Shown: positions 50,159 through 60,396 of the stretch, in pieces
Layout of the letters: each line of letters opens with the position of its first letter
Position numbering within the stretch: position 1 is the first letter of the stretch
NCBI GenBank assembly: GCA_003707115.1
Contig: PPNB01000006.1
Coordinates: 248,001-312,000 of the forward strand
DNA length: 64,000 nt
Direction of reading: 5' to 3'
Origin: Tortispora ganteri
Taxonomy: Eukaryota
Program-made: the position numbers and the translations under genes
Notes under the pieces: model-generated
Seen by the model: only the letters and a program-made list of their open reading frames with translations
What the model was told of the DNA's origin: nothing
Database searches by the model: none

Positions 50159-52846
50159 TCATGTTGTTATCAGAGAGATAACTTGTTTTCCTTCTGGTTT
50201 AATAACTTGCTTGACTTTTTTATTTTTTAGCCATTTCTCACCGTCTTTAGATGTTCTCAAGATCTTCTCGATGTCCCCAGGCTCTAGTGACGTTAGGTCA
50301 TCAAACGATTCCATGAACCTGAAGCGTCCGTTAATGATAACTCTGTATTTAGTGTCTTTAATCTTAGGTATAAGGCTATTGACATCGTTGGCCTTGGGCC
50401 ATCCTGCCTTTAAAATACCTGTATACAGATCTGGTGTTACTGAACTTTTAGGGTAGAGTATACACCATATCTCTTCAGAGACTGCAGGTGCCATAGGTGC
50501 TAGCAGTCTCGTTAGTATATTGAGAATATAAAGCCTCACTTCTGGACGGATATCTGCGGTAATTGCGTTACTAAGTTCCATGAGCTTAGAAATAATTGTA
50601 TGAAATGCCAAGGTTTTCTCATAAACAGAGTTAGCATGTTCGATAGTTGCCGCCGTTTGCTTGAGTATGGCTATCTCATTAGAAGACAATATCTTTATGC
50701 TAGTAATATCGCTTTCATGATCTTTTAAGCTAGCAGAAGTGTCTGAACACAAAGACCAGAGCCTTCTTAGCCACCTCTTTGATCCCACTATACTGTCGAT
50801 GTTCCAATTGAGTTGATCTTCTGTGTGCGCTTGGAAAAGCGTGTGTATTCGTGTAGCATCTGCACCGTGCTCTGATATACAGTCTAGAGGATCAACTCCA
50901 TTGAATTTTGACTTAGACATCTTCTCAAAAGTTATATTGACAGGTTTTCCGCCGTCATGAGTGATAAATTCTCCGTCAGGGTTTTTGATAACTTCGTTCG
51001 GAGTAAGATAAGCACCGGTGTCAGGATGCGTGAACGTTCTACCGTGAACCATACCTTGCGTAACGAGCCTTTTAAAAGGTTCACCAGAATTGTTAGGACC
51101 GCCATTCCAGAATCCACAATCGGCCAAAAATTTCGCCATGAACCGGGCATAGAGCAGATGTAATATGGCATGCTCTACTCCACCCAGGTACGTATTGACG
51201 GGCATCAAAGCGTTAGCCTTATCTGCTTCAAAAGGGTATTTTTCATTATGGGGATCAGTAAACCTCAAAAAGTACCAAGAGCTGTCAACAAAAGTATCCA
51301 TTGTGTCAGCGTCACGGCGAGCTGGCTCGTGGCAACTCGGACATTTCACGTACAGCCATTCTGCGGGCGCGTTGGAAAGCGGAGATAAACTGTCTGACTC
51401 CGAAGTGACAAGCTCATGAGGAAGTTTAACAGGAAGATCTTTCTCTGGAACAGGTACAAGTCCGCAGTTGTCGCAATGGATTATAGGAATAGGCACACCC
51501 CAGTATCGTTGTCTAGAGATGAGCCAATCTCTAAGTCTCAATTGTGTAGTTTTAGAGCCCATATTTAGGTTAGTTAGTTCTGCGACAATCGCTGAAGCAG
51601 CATCGGAAGGGCTGAGTCCATTGAATTTACCTGAACGAGTCATATATGCTTCACCGTTCTCGCGCGTCTCAATTACAGAATACGGATCACGACCTAGACT
51701 TTTCCAGACCTTAGCGTCTCTTACATCGTGTGCGGGAACGCCCATGACCGCTTTGGTACCGTAGTCTACCACATAGTCCGCAATATATACAGGAATAGAT
51801 TTGCTAGTAGGATCTAGCGGGTGTGTAGCGAACAAGTTAGGTATTTGGTAGACCATAGGCTCCTTCTCTTGAGGGGAGTCTTTCAATTCTGCGACTTTGG
51901 CAACAAAAGTGGCAATTTCGGGGTATTTTGCAGAAAGTTCTTTAACTATATCATGTGTAATACCTAGAGCAAGAAATTGTACACCGAAAAGCGTTTCAGG
52001 ACGTGTTGTGAATACCTGCACGCGTGCATCTGAGTCGTTCAAGTAAAAGTCTATAGATGCGCCTTCAGAGTATCCAATCCAGTTTTGTTGCATTGTTTTC
52101 ACCTTTTCAGGCCACTCATCTAGTAATTTAAGATCTTTAGCGAGTCTTTCGGCATAGTCGGTAATCTTTATGAACCATTGTTCTAGCAATCTCTTCTCGG
52201 CGACAGCCCCTGACCGCCAGCTCCTGCCATCTGCATCTATTTGCTCGTTCGCCAGCACAGTGTGATCTATTGGATCCCAGTTCACGTATTCAGGTTTCCT
52301 GTAAGCTAAACCGCGCTTGAATAACTCTATAAATATACGCTGGGTGTGCGCGTAGTAATCTGGATTACAAGTTGCGATTTCACGGTCCCAGTCGAATAGC
52401 GCAAGAAACGATTTCATTTGTTCTTTCATACTGCTGATATTCGACATAGTCCAGTCTCGCGGATGTATCTTATTTCGGATAGCTGCATTTTCCGCAGGAA
52501 GACCAAACGCGTCCCATCCCATGGGGTTCACCACATTGTACCCGTTCATGATCCGGTATCGCGCCAACGAGTCCGTTATCGTGTACACTCGCAAATGCCC
52601 CATATGTAATGTACCAGACGGGTACGGAAACATAGATAATAGGTAGTAATTTGGGTTTTGTGGGTCTGATAGATGTGCCGTAGTCCATCTCTTATACCAT
52701 TTCTGCTCGATTTCCCGCATCTGCTCTGGATTCATCGGCATATCACTTCTCTCTGTTGAAGAAAATCTATGACCACCTAATAATCGCCTAAACAAGCCAT
52801 TTCCTCGACGATACGCTACCGTCAACAAGTTTTGGCGCGCAATCAT
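50159..52846 (-). CDS. NAM2: Mitochondrial leucyl-tRNA synthetase
   Basis: MFPYPSGTLHMGH, GWDAFGLPAENAA, RDWLISRQRYWG, DTMDTFVDSSWY, KMSKS, presequence. Confidence 0.97.
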   Translation of the reverse strand: MIARQNLLTVAYRRGNGLFRRLLGGHRFSSTERSDMPMNPEQMREIEQKWYKRWTTAHLSDPQNPNYYLLSMFPYPSGTLHMGHLRVYTITDSLARYRIMNGYNVVNPMGWDAFGLPAENAAIRNKIHPRDWTMSNISSMKEQMKSFLALFDWDREIATCNPDYYAHTQRIFIELFKRGLAYRKPEYVNWDPIDHTVLANEQIDADGRSWRSGAVAEKRLLEQWFIKITDYAERLAKDLKLLDEWPEKVKTMQQNWIGYSEGASIDFYLNDSDARVQVFTTRPETLFGVQFLALGITHDIVKELSAKYPEIATFVAKVAELKDSPQEKEPMVYQIPNLFATHPLDPTSKSIPVYIADYVVDYGTKAVMGVPAHDVRDAKVWKSLGRDPYSVIETRENGEAYMTRSGKFNGLSPSDAASAIVAELTNLNMGSKTTQLRLRDWLISRQRYWGVPIPIIHCDNCGLVPVPEKDLPVKLPHELVTSESDSLSPLSNAPAEWLYVKCPSCHEPARRDADTMDTFVDSSWYFLRFTDPHNEKYPFEADKANALMPVNTYLGGVEHAILHLLYARFMAKFLADCGFWNGGPNNSGEPFKRLVTQGMVHGRTFTHPDTGAYLTPNEVIKNPDGEFITHDGGKPVNITFEKMSKSKFNGVDPLDCISEHGADATRIHTLFQAHTEDQLNWNIDSIVGSKRWLRRLWSLCSDTSASLKDHESDITSIKILSSNEIAILKQTAATIEHANSVYEKTLAFHTIISKLMELSNAITADIRPEVRLYILNILTRLLAPMAPAVSEEIWCILYPKSSVTPDLYTGILKAGWPKANDVNSLIPKIKDTKYRVIINGRFRFMESFDDLTSLEPGDIEKILRTSKDGEKWLKNKKVKQVIKPEGKQVISLITT

Positions 52847-53123
52847 GACTGTTTACAGATACTCTCTATTCTAAGGTCCGGCTGAGTTAGGTAACTAAAG
52901 AGAGGGTCACCCACACCCTCACCTTTCGGGAAGCAGGAAAGCTCCAGTACTAGCACCGGAACGAACCAAAATATGTAATTATAAACCTAAATAGTAAATG
53001 CACCGTAAAAAACAAATCCGACTTCAAGCATCAAAATGAACGAAGGATCTTGTAAATCAAAATCAACACGCAATATCGCAAGAGTGGAGATCTAGCAGTA
53101 AATATACACCTCTTCACCTAAGC

Positions 53124-56045
53124 TTAACTGTCGGGCGATGATCTCTCCGAAATAAGATTCATATCGCTCATGGCGAAAAGTAGGTCATCGTCTTCTTTGA
53201 CATCAATCTTATTGCAGCTCTCTATACCTGGAATCTCGTCCTCAACAACCACAGTGTTCTTGCCAGCTGCCTCTCGACGGTACAGCGCAGATCCACGCCT
53301 CTCCGACAAGCCAAACATGTTGTCATCCGTTGATTGCGTAAGTGCTCTCAAGGAAGTGCTGTTCTTGTTTCTAATCCGATCATCACTATTAGACACACCA
53401 ACCTGGAATCCCACAGAAACACGTGAAACACCAGCACTTAGCGATCTGGGCGGAAATTGCCCTGTTCCGGGAGAGGTTCCTGAAACGTCGCACTGGCCAA
53501 ACACTGACAATGGTCTAGATTTTAAGTGCTCGTAATTATTCGATACTCGGGCACTCTGACTAATAGGCATTCCAACAATAGATGATTTTGTAGTAGATGA
53601 AGTTCCGTGCAGTGCAGACGGCATGTTACTCGAAGTCGCTGCCGAAATGTGAGCCGTTCTATCGGATGATTCAGTGCGTGAAAACAGTTTGCCCGGCCCG
53701 TACCTTCCAAACGAATTAGATCTGAGCCTTTGGAAAGGTCTGGGGCTCGAAGGAATATCTAAAGGCGAAGAAGTAGCCGCTGAAGAAAGCTCTGATTCAG
53801 CTTCCGTTCCAGACCCTCGCATCTCCATAGCAGTAGAAGCCAGTTCCGCAGCTGATACAGTTATATTGTCATTATATGTCGGGTTTTCAGTAAAATCTTG
53901 TCGTGAGGAAGAGCTAGAGCTTCTCTTATTCGAGTCTGTTTCTAGGTGAGGTCCTATAGGAATCGCAGTGTCAGCTTTCGTGGAAACTTGCGAATCCCCA
54001 CCAGCGACTACAGGGGTATTACTCGCAGAATCTGTAGACGCTGCAATATGAGAGAGCTGAATTTCTTTGGAATCAGGATAACTGGAGACAACCTTGTGCC
54101 GTTCAGCCACCGAATGCGAACATAACGACCTGCGACGTACTTCAGCATCATGTTCGCCGTCACCAACGAGACCTTCAGATAATCTTGAAGGAACTACAGG
54201 AACATAAGAGCGACCAGCACTACTTCCATACACAACTCCGGCACTCCCAGGAGAAGAACCGGATAGCACGGTAGGAGGAGTGGCGGAATGTGCAGATTGT
54301 ACAAACAAGTCGTCCGAAGGACTGCTATTCTCACTAATAACAGAGTCATGTTTTATGACTGAATCAGTGACGCATTTTCCTGGTGATAGCTCTCTAGAAT
54401 CGGAGCCATATGAAGGTAGAGCCATGCTTAAGCTCTGAAGCATACTCTCTGACAACTCATTTTGAGTATCTTTGAGTTGATGAAATTTGGTTAAAGAAGC
54501 TTTCAGATGCGACTGAGTAACGGCAGACGACTTGAAGGGGCTATGAGCCTCAAGAGAACCAGAACGACTTGACAAAGACAAAGACTTTGGCGGTTTGACT
54601 GATTTGACAGATGAGTCTGCAAGGTTCTTGAGTGGTCTGTGGTATTCTACCAGCTGGACAAAAGAACCAATGTCTTGGTCATCATCATCATAGTAGAATT
54701 CAGACCCAGGGGTACCGACCCATTGTGCATTATCGCTATAAGCCCCACTATTTCTTCTGACTTGATCTAAAGAATAAACAGAACCAGGAGTAGTACCCAA
54801 TCTGTTAGTAAAACTTCTAGACCCAAAAGATGAGCTAAATCTTGTGGCAGAAGGCGCGCGAGATTGAGATCCTGAAGAAGTAGATAGTGATTGTGAAACA
54901 GTCTGATTAATTTCTGAAAGGTTTCTAGGAGATTGTTGAATGGGATTAGCAATACCTGACTGGGGGAAACTTGAAGTCCTAGAAGAAGAACGCCTGGTAA
55001 TCGGGGAGTTTCCAGAGATGCTAATTCTGTGAAATGATACTGTTGGTGAGTGCGTAGCGTTATCAAACTTTGGAGATTCGGATAAAGATGGTGATTTAAA
55101 GGGGCGAATTATTGATACAGAGGGTCTTCTGCTGCTTGTTACCGAATCGCCAAATGACTCGGGAGCCTGAGGAGGGCCCATTGATGCTATAGGAGCTGAT
55201 GTAGGAGAGTTACTCTGTATAGCTGAGTTTGATATTGCTTCCATTCTGCGAAACTGAGACGATAATAAAGAGTCAGAATCATCTACTCTGAAATCTATGT
55301 CCTTCCTGTAAGCCACCTGGACTTTGAAAACACCAGCATGTGAATCTATGGAGCCAAAGTTGTAAGTTTCGTGCACACTAGAGCTGGGTGCGGAGTCATC
55401 TTTGGAGCCAGTAAGGCGGGTAGTCAGACCCAGACGGGTACGTGTCTGTGCAACAGAAGTACCTGGATAAATGTGTGAGCCCAGGCGGAGACTGGAGGAG
55501 ACCGACGATTCTTTTCTAGAGCGGAGTTTCTCGCGTAGATTGTAAGCTGGCAGTAACCTGGCGAACGTATATAAAGATCTAAAAAGAACAGTTGCCTGTT
55601 TATAAGCGGAAGAAGGTTCTGGCGGAGGTTTAGAAGATTGGCGAGGCAAGAGTTCGACTATCCAGCGTTCCAAGACTATTTCGTCTATCTTGAGTGCACG
55701 GTGGTCGATGAGGTACTGGATTCCGTCGGGAGCCATGAGAGAGAGTGTGCCAGTAGGTGCAATATAGCGCAAATCAAGTACTATCTCAAGTACCAAGGGA
55801 GGGGGCAATGACTTTGATAAGTTGCAGTACTTCCATATGCGAAGATCATCGCGGAAGAGGTCAGTTTCCGTTATTTCGAGATTGAACCATTTATTTGTTT
55901 TTACCTTCTCTGTACCACGAATAAATATAGGGCTTGCTTCGACGCGGCATTGAGTACATATGAGAACGGCTTTGACGTAAAAGTTCTGTATAATCTGGAG
56001 TACCTTAGAAGCCTTATCAGGATCTCTCTCCTGGAGCTTGTCCAT
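53124..56045 (-). CDS. ATG13: Autophagy protein Atg13
   Basis: HORMA domain (QIIQNFYVK, NKWFNLE, IVLERW, YKQATVLFRSLYTFARLLPAY), long Ser-rich disordered region, terminal DDDLLFAMSDM. Confidence 0.93.
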   Translation of the reverse strand: MDKLQERDPDKASKVLQIIQNFYVKAVLICTQCRVEASPIFIRGTEKVKTNKWFNLEITETDLFRDDLRIWKYCNLSKSLPPPLVLEIVLDLRYIAPTGTLSLMAPDGIQYLIDHRALKIDEIVLERWIVELLPRQSSKPPPEPSSAYKQATVLFRSLYTFARLLPAYNLREKLRSRKESSVSSSLRLGSHIYPGTSVAQTRTRLGLTTRLTGSKDDSAPSSSVHETYNFGSIDSHAGVFKVQVAYRKDIDFRVDDSDSLLSSQFRRMEAISNSAIQSNSPTSAPIASMGPPQAPESFGDSVTSSRRPSVSIIRPFKSPSLSESPKFDNATHSPTVSFHRISISGNSPITRRSSSRTSSFPQSGIANPIQQSPRNLSEINQTVSQSLSTSSGSQSRAPSATRFSSSFGSRSFTNRLGTTPGSVYSLDQVRRNSGAYSDNAQWVGTPGSEFYYDDDDQDIGSFVQLVEYHRPLKNLADSSVKSVKPPKSLSLSSRSGSLEAHSPFKSSAVTQSHLKASLTKFHQLKDTQNELSESMLQSLSMALPSYGSDSRELSPGKCVTDSVIKHDSVISENSSPSDDLFVQSAHSATPPTVLSGSSPGSAGVVYGSSAGRSYVPVVPSRLSEGLVGDGEHDAEVRRRSLCSHSVAERHKVVSSYPDSKEIQLSHIAASTDSASNTPVVAGGDSQVSTKADTAIPIGPHLETDSNKRSSSSSSRQDFTENPTYNDNITVSAAELASTAMEMRGSGTEAESELSSAATSSPLDIPSSPRPFQRLRSNSFGRYGPGKLFSRTESSDRTAHISAATSSNMPSALHGTSSTTKSSIVGMPISQSARVSNNYEHLKSRPLSVFGQCDVSGTSPGTGQFPPRSLSAGVSRVSVGFQVGVSNSDDRIRNKNSTSLRALTQSTDDNMFGLSERRGSALYRREAAGKNTVVVEDEIPGIESCNKIDVKEDDDLLFAMSDMNLISERSSPDS

Positions 56046-56728
56046 TGTGATTGAACGTGAATAGAAGCGACAGGCTGAAAAAAAACCCCCCAAAAAGCAG
56101 TCAAGTGATGAATGGAAACTGGAAAGAGATCAGGGTTGAGGCAGAGAAGGGCCAAGTGAAAGGCAGAGGCGAATGCCGATCGCGGGAGAGTAGGGTCAAT
56201 TGACGTACGAGAGTTACTAGAGCAGTACAGAAGTAAAGGCGAACCGGCCGGTAAAAGCAGCTAGTTGGACAAAAAAGCTGCAATTCAAACAAAATGCATC
56301 CAAGACAAAAAGCGGCTAAATGAATAGAAAAATGCAGGCAAAGGTGTGAAGATAGTTGATTGTTGATTTGCGATTAGAATGTAAAAGGAGTAACGTGAAG
56401 GTTAGTGACATTGGGTAGTTGAGGAGGCGTCAACCAATCATAGGTGCTAGTTGTCATTGAGTCCCAAGAAGAGCATGACCGACGCGCGAAGCAACTTTAA
56501 GTTGACGGGTTTGCTGAATTTATCCGGGGTAAAGATGGTAACGGTACTTAACTGTTGTTGAGATATCTAGTACAAGATGGCAAGAAATAAAATAAGAATA
56601 GTGGGTGTTAAAGAAATTAATAATTATTTTGAAGTTGTTAGTTTAGGTGTTTTTGGAGGTAAGGTGAATGAGTATATAGAATTGGAGATTTTATTTGGGC
56701 GGTTGAAACTTAGACTCCGATCGCTCTT

Positions 56729-57679
56729 ATGTCGGTTAAATATTCAAGAATTGGTGCTGCGATCACTGAATTAAAACCTCCTGGTGGCAATAATGTAGTA
56801 TTGAATTATTCTGATGAAGAAAAATATAGAAAACAGGATTGTTATATTGGAGTGACTGCTGGCAGGGTAGCTAATCGTATTGGTAAGGCACGGTTTGTAT
56901 TGGACAACAAAGAATGGAAAGTAATTGCAAATGAAGGACAAAACATGCTACACGGAGGCAATGGATGGCATAATATTGAATGGGATAGGACCGATATAAA
57001 TGAAAATTGTTGTGAATTTAAATTATTGAGTCCTCATTTAGATTCTGGATTCCCAGGATCTGTGGAAGTCATTACCAAATATGAGTCTGTAGTTGAGGGC
57101 GACTTGCTGAAAGTCACTATAGAATATACCGGTCGTATAACAGACGACAGTTTTGCTAAAGCGACAATTATAAATCTCACTAACCATTCGTATTACAATC
57201 CTAACAACTTTGGCGAAATTTCTGATGTGAAGATGCATATTGGATCTAAGCGTATTCTCGAAGTTGATTCTGAGTCCATACCCACGGGCAAGATTGTGCC
57301 GTGTACATTGGCTCCTGAAAACATGTATAAAGAGCTGACTACGATTGGTACGGTGTCTCTAGATAATACTTTTGTGTTTGAGGAGTCTTGCAAGTTGGAT
57401 ACGCGAGGCGAAGAACTTCGTCTCTGCTGTGAGTTGTACGCACCCAAAACGGGCACACATATTGCCGTCTACTCCACGGAACCGGCATTCCAGGTGTACA
57501 CCGGAGACGGTCTTGAAGGTGTTTATAAGGCACGTAACGGAATTTGTATTGAGCCAATGAGATTTACCGATGCCATATCGTTTGACAAATGGAAAGACCA
57601 GGTTATTCTTCGATCGGGACAAGTATATGGATCAAAGATTGTTATTAAGACGTGGAAAGAAGATATAAATAAAACCTGA
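56729..57679 (+). CDS. Aldose 1-epimerase (galactose mutarotase-like)
   Basis: GRVANRI, LHGG, GFPG, NLTNHSYYN, QVYTG, GICIEP. Confidence 0.92.
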   Translation: MSVKYSRIGAAITELKPPGGNNVVLNYSDEEKYRKQDCYIGVTAGRVANRIGKARFVLDNKEWKVIANEGQNMLHGGNGWHNIEWDRTDINENCCEFKLLSPHLDSGFPGSVEVITKYESVVEGDLLKVTIEYTGRITDDSFAKATIINLTNHSYYNPNNFGEISDVKMHIGSKRILEVDSESIPTGKIVPCTLAPENMYKELTTIGTVSLDNTFVFEESCKLDTRGEELRLCCELYAPKTGTHIAVYSTEPAFQVYTGDGLEGVYKARNGICIEPMRFTDAISFDKWKDQVILRSGQVYGSKIVIKTWKEDINKT

Positions 57680-57695
57680 ATGATATATTTGTGAG

Positions 57696-57749
57696 TACAA
57701 TAAATAAATAAATAAATAAATAGACAAAAATATTTATTTATTTATTGTA
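57696..57749. repeat. Perfect 19-bp inverted repeat built on a (TAAA)n microsatellite
   Basis: TACAATAAATAAATAAATA (57696-57714) and TATTTATTTATTTATTGTA (57731-57749), with a 16-nt spacer. Confidence 0.85.
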
Positions 57750-57817
57750 TTATTCTATAAGTTATTCAATCTTTTGCCATTTACTTTTATGACCATAACA
57801 CTAAACTGAACCTGTAC

Positions 57818-59305
57818 ATGGACACGACACTGATCTACATAAGGTCGTTTGATAACTCACATGAAATATCGCTTAAACCAATAGCAACAATATCGCGATT
57901 ACAGATATCTTTTTCAACACTAGTTTCCAGCTATCCTGTGAATTTGATTATCAATCCACCTCATAGCGATATTCTGCTGTGCGACTCGGACGCCGGTCGC
58001 GTGGCTCTTGAACATGTCCGCGACACGCTCTGGATGTACAACCTTCTCAGTTCCTCTGCATATACTCTCGATTGCAATAGTAGTAGCTCGATATTGCAAA
58101 CTGCGCACGTTATTCAAAATGCGAACGACCTGCGAAAACTACAGCAATGTTGGTCTCCACCCGCTGTCATTACCACCAGCCAAAAGCTGCCTGAACTGAT
58201 CCTCAACTATCCTGACGGGCTTTCTAACGACATCAATGCTAATGCTAGTTACGCTTCTAAACTAGATACGAAAGATATGAACGTTCAGGAGTTCATCACG
58301 TCTTCATACTATAAGACTTTGTACGAATCGCGCCTGCCGTTGCAATACTTCGCGAAATCTACGCTGCTGAAGGCGAGAAACGCTTGCAGTCTGTCTACGA
58401 AGTCTCAATCTGCTTTGAGGAAATTGGCATCGGTTCTGAAAAATCTTATAACGCCACCTAAATTAATCGAACAGAAATACAAAGCGGTTATCCCATTGTA
58501 TGTGCGCTCACAGACGCTCCCTGAAGATACCGCTATAGATCAAATCGAACGCGACCGATTGGACAAATGGGCTGCGACAGTTTCTGAGCAGCATAGTTCA
58601 GCCGCAGTTTCGGCTTTAAAAGTGCGAGAAACGCAATTACAGTGTCTATTGGTGCTAGAACTGCTGCACATTGGTGACGAGCCCGATGAGCAGCCTCAGC
58701 AACCGCAGCGTTCGTTAGCGCCAGTAGCACTTCTGGAGTCGCTGATGGACCGTCTTAGCATATGGCAGGAATTTGATCTAGACTGGTCTGAGAATAATGC
58801 AGATCTGGTCAAGAACTTTTGCAAGGAGATCATTGTGCCATACTATAATCCGCTGATTGCCGGCAAGATAGAGAATATCTTAAAGAGACATGGCGACTAC
58901 CATTATATGCCTACGCGAACCAGGATGTCTAGTCAGAACCTGCAATCGCGTAGATCTTCGAGTGCCACATTTGATCAGGAGATTGTACAAGAGAGACAGG
59001 AAACTAACGAGTCTACACCTCCGCCACTGGCGCGACAACTGAGCCGACAGTTCAGCTTCTCGAACAAACCTCTTTCCAAAATGTCTAGGTCTAATTCTCA
59101 AGATGGTTTATTTGACACTAAAACTGCTGCCTCACTCAGCCGCAGCTCCTCGTTTAACAGAGATAGGTCTGGATCTAAGTCTGGACCATTCAGGCAGGCG
59201 TCGACATCACGTGCAGTAAAGCGTTCTGCCACTACATTTGTAACCGCGACGCCTACCAAAGACACACACTTCAAAAGGCGTAGATCGTCCATAGGAACTC
59301 CATAA
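57818..59305 (+). CDS. SLD3: Replication initiation factor Sld3
   Basis: YYKTLYESRLPLQYFAKSTL, LKVRETQLQCLLVLELL, LMDRLSIWQ, FCKEIIVPYY, C-terminal CDK-type TP sites (VTATPTK). Confidence 0.85.
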   Translation: MDTTLIYIRSFDNSHEISLKPIATISRLQISFSTLVSSYPVNLIINPPHSDILLCDSDAGRVALEHVRDTLWMYNLLSSSAYTLDCNSSSSILQTAHVIQNANDLRKLQQCWSPPAVITTSQKLPELILNYPDGLSNDINANASYASKLDTKDMNVQEFITSSYYKTLYESRLPLQYFAKSTLLKARNACSLSTKSQSALRKLASVLKNLITPPKLIEQKYKAVIPLYVRSQTLPEDTAIDQIERDRLDKWAATVSEQHSSAAVSALKVRETQLQCLLVLELLHIGDEPDEQPQQPQRSLAPVALLESLMDRLSIWQEFDLDWSENNADLVKNFCKEIIVPYYNPLIAGKIENILKRHGDYHYMPTRTRMSSQNLQSRRSSSATFDQEIVQERQETNESTPPPLARQLSRQFSFSNKPLSKMSRSNSQDGLFDTKTAASLSRSSSFNRDRSGSKSGPFRQASTSRAVKRSATTFVTATPTKDTHFKRRRSSIGTP

Positions 59306-59428
59306 CAAAATTAATTTACTTTTTGTGATATTTATCGACTAATCATTGTAAAGCTTATTGGGGGGAAGGTTACTACTATTACTTCGTGGACTTTTGCATT
59401 CGACAACTTCACTTGTCATTCAACCGAA

Positions 59429-60079
59429 ATGCCAGCCAAAGGATGGAGGAAACAGGCAGATGGAACCATGATTCCGCCAGAGAAACAAACTATTACAATC
59501 GATGATCTTTTAATGCCAAGAGCCAAAGCTGTGCGCTTAGCTAAAAGCAAACTACCGCCTAAAACTAATGTACAACGTGATGCTATGACCGCTTTGACGC
59601 GTTCTGCTCCTGTTTTTATCAACTACCTTGGTCACGCGGCTGCAGAACGAGCTCTTTTGAAACGACGTAAACGAATTATTGCCGAAGATGTACTTGATGC
59701 ACTGAAAGATATTGAGATGGATGATTTCGTGCCTGTTATCCAGGAACGCGTCATGGCCTACATCGCGTTGAGCCAGAAGGTTGCTTCAAGTGACGAACCT
59801 GACGCTAACGACGAAGAAATTTCTAACAAACGCTCTAAAGTTGTTTCAAAGAAATCAGAAACGGTTAAAGAAGGCACATCGAATGCCGATACAGAGGATG
59901 AAGACGATAGAATGAGTGATATCAATGGCACAGAAGACGAACTAGACGATGAAGATGACAATGCCAATATCGACGATAACGAAGATAATGAAGAAGGTAT
60001 AGAAGAAGATATAGAAGGTCTAGAAGACATTGATGAGCATGAAAATGACGGAGAAGACGACGAAGAAGAGGAAGAGGAG

Positions 60080-60117
<38 letters not shown>

Positions 60118-60283
60118 AGAAGAAGAGGAAGAAGAAGAAGAAGAGGAAGAGGAAGAAGAAGAAGAAGAAGAGGAAGAGGAAGAAGAGGCAAAGGGACTAT
60201 CAATTCCTATCTCTCGTGAAAGTAACACTGAAGAGCTGGAAGAAGAGCCTGGACGGTCGTCAGACAACTCAGATATCGATTAG
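59429..60283 (+). CDS. DPB4: DNA polymerase epsilon histone-fold subunit Dpb4
   Basis: MPAKGWRK start, TIDDLLMPRA...RLAK, DAMTALTRSAPVFINYL, DVLDALKDIE, acidic tail. Confidence 0.92.
60062..60187 (+). repeat. (GAA/GAG)42 coding trinucleotide repeat, poly-Glu
   Basis: 126 consecutive purines, in frame, in DPB4. Confidence 0.95.
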
Positions 60284-60396
60284 AGATAACATGACATGTA
60301 TTTTAAAAGACAATATACACTGGATCTTACTTATTTTCTAATAATACATTGTCTTAAACTACATTGATACACTCTACATTATATCTGCTTCAGTCA

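Noticed and set aside
52875..52962. GC-richer stretch with small hairpins upstream of NAM2 as an ncRNA
   Set aside because: Stems are only 4-6 bp, with no tRNA, snRNA or SRP signature. More likely promoter sequence.
56577..56774. 65-aa ORF as a separate gene or first exon of the mutarotase
   Set aside because: No family features. The GTAAGG/TTAG splice would be out of phase and lacks a branch point.
57818..60283. SLD3-DPB4 adjacency as a replication gene cluster
   Set aside because: A single tandem pair with no shared MCB elements seen. Chance adjacency is likely without synteny data.
59758..60341. Poly-Ser, poly-Leu and poly-Lys ORFs overlapping DPB4
   Set aside because: Alternative-frame shadows of the GAA/GAG tract.
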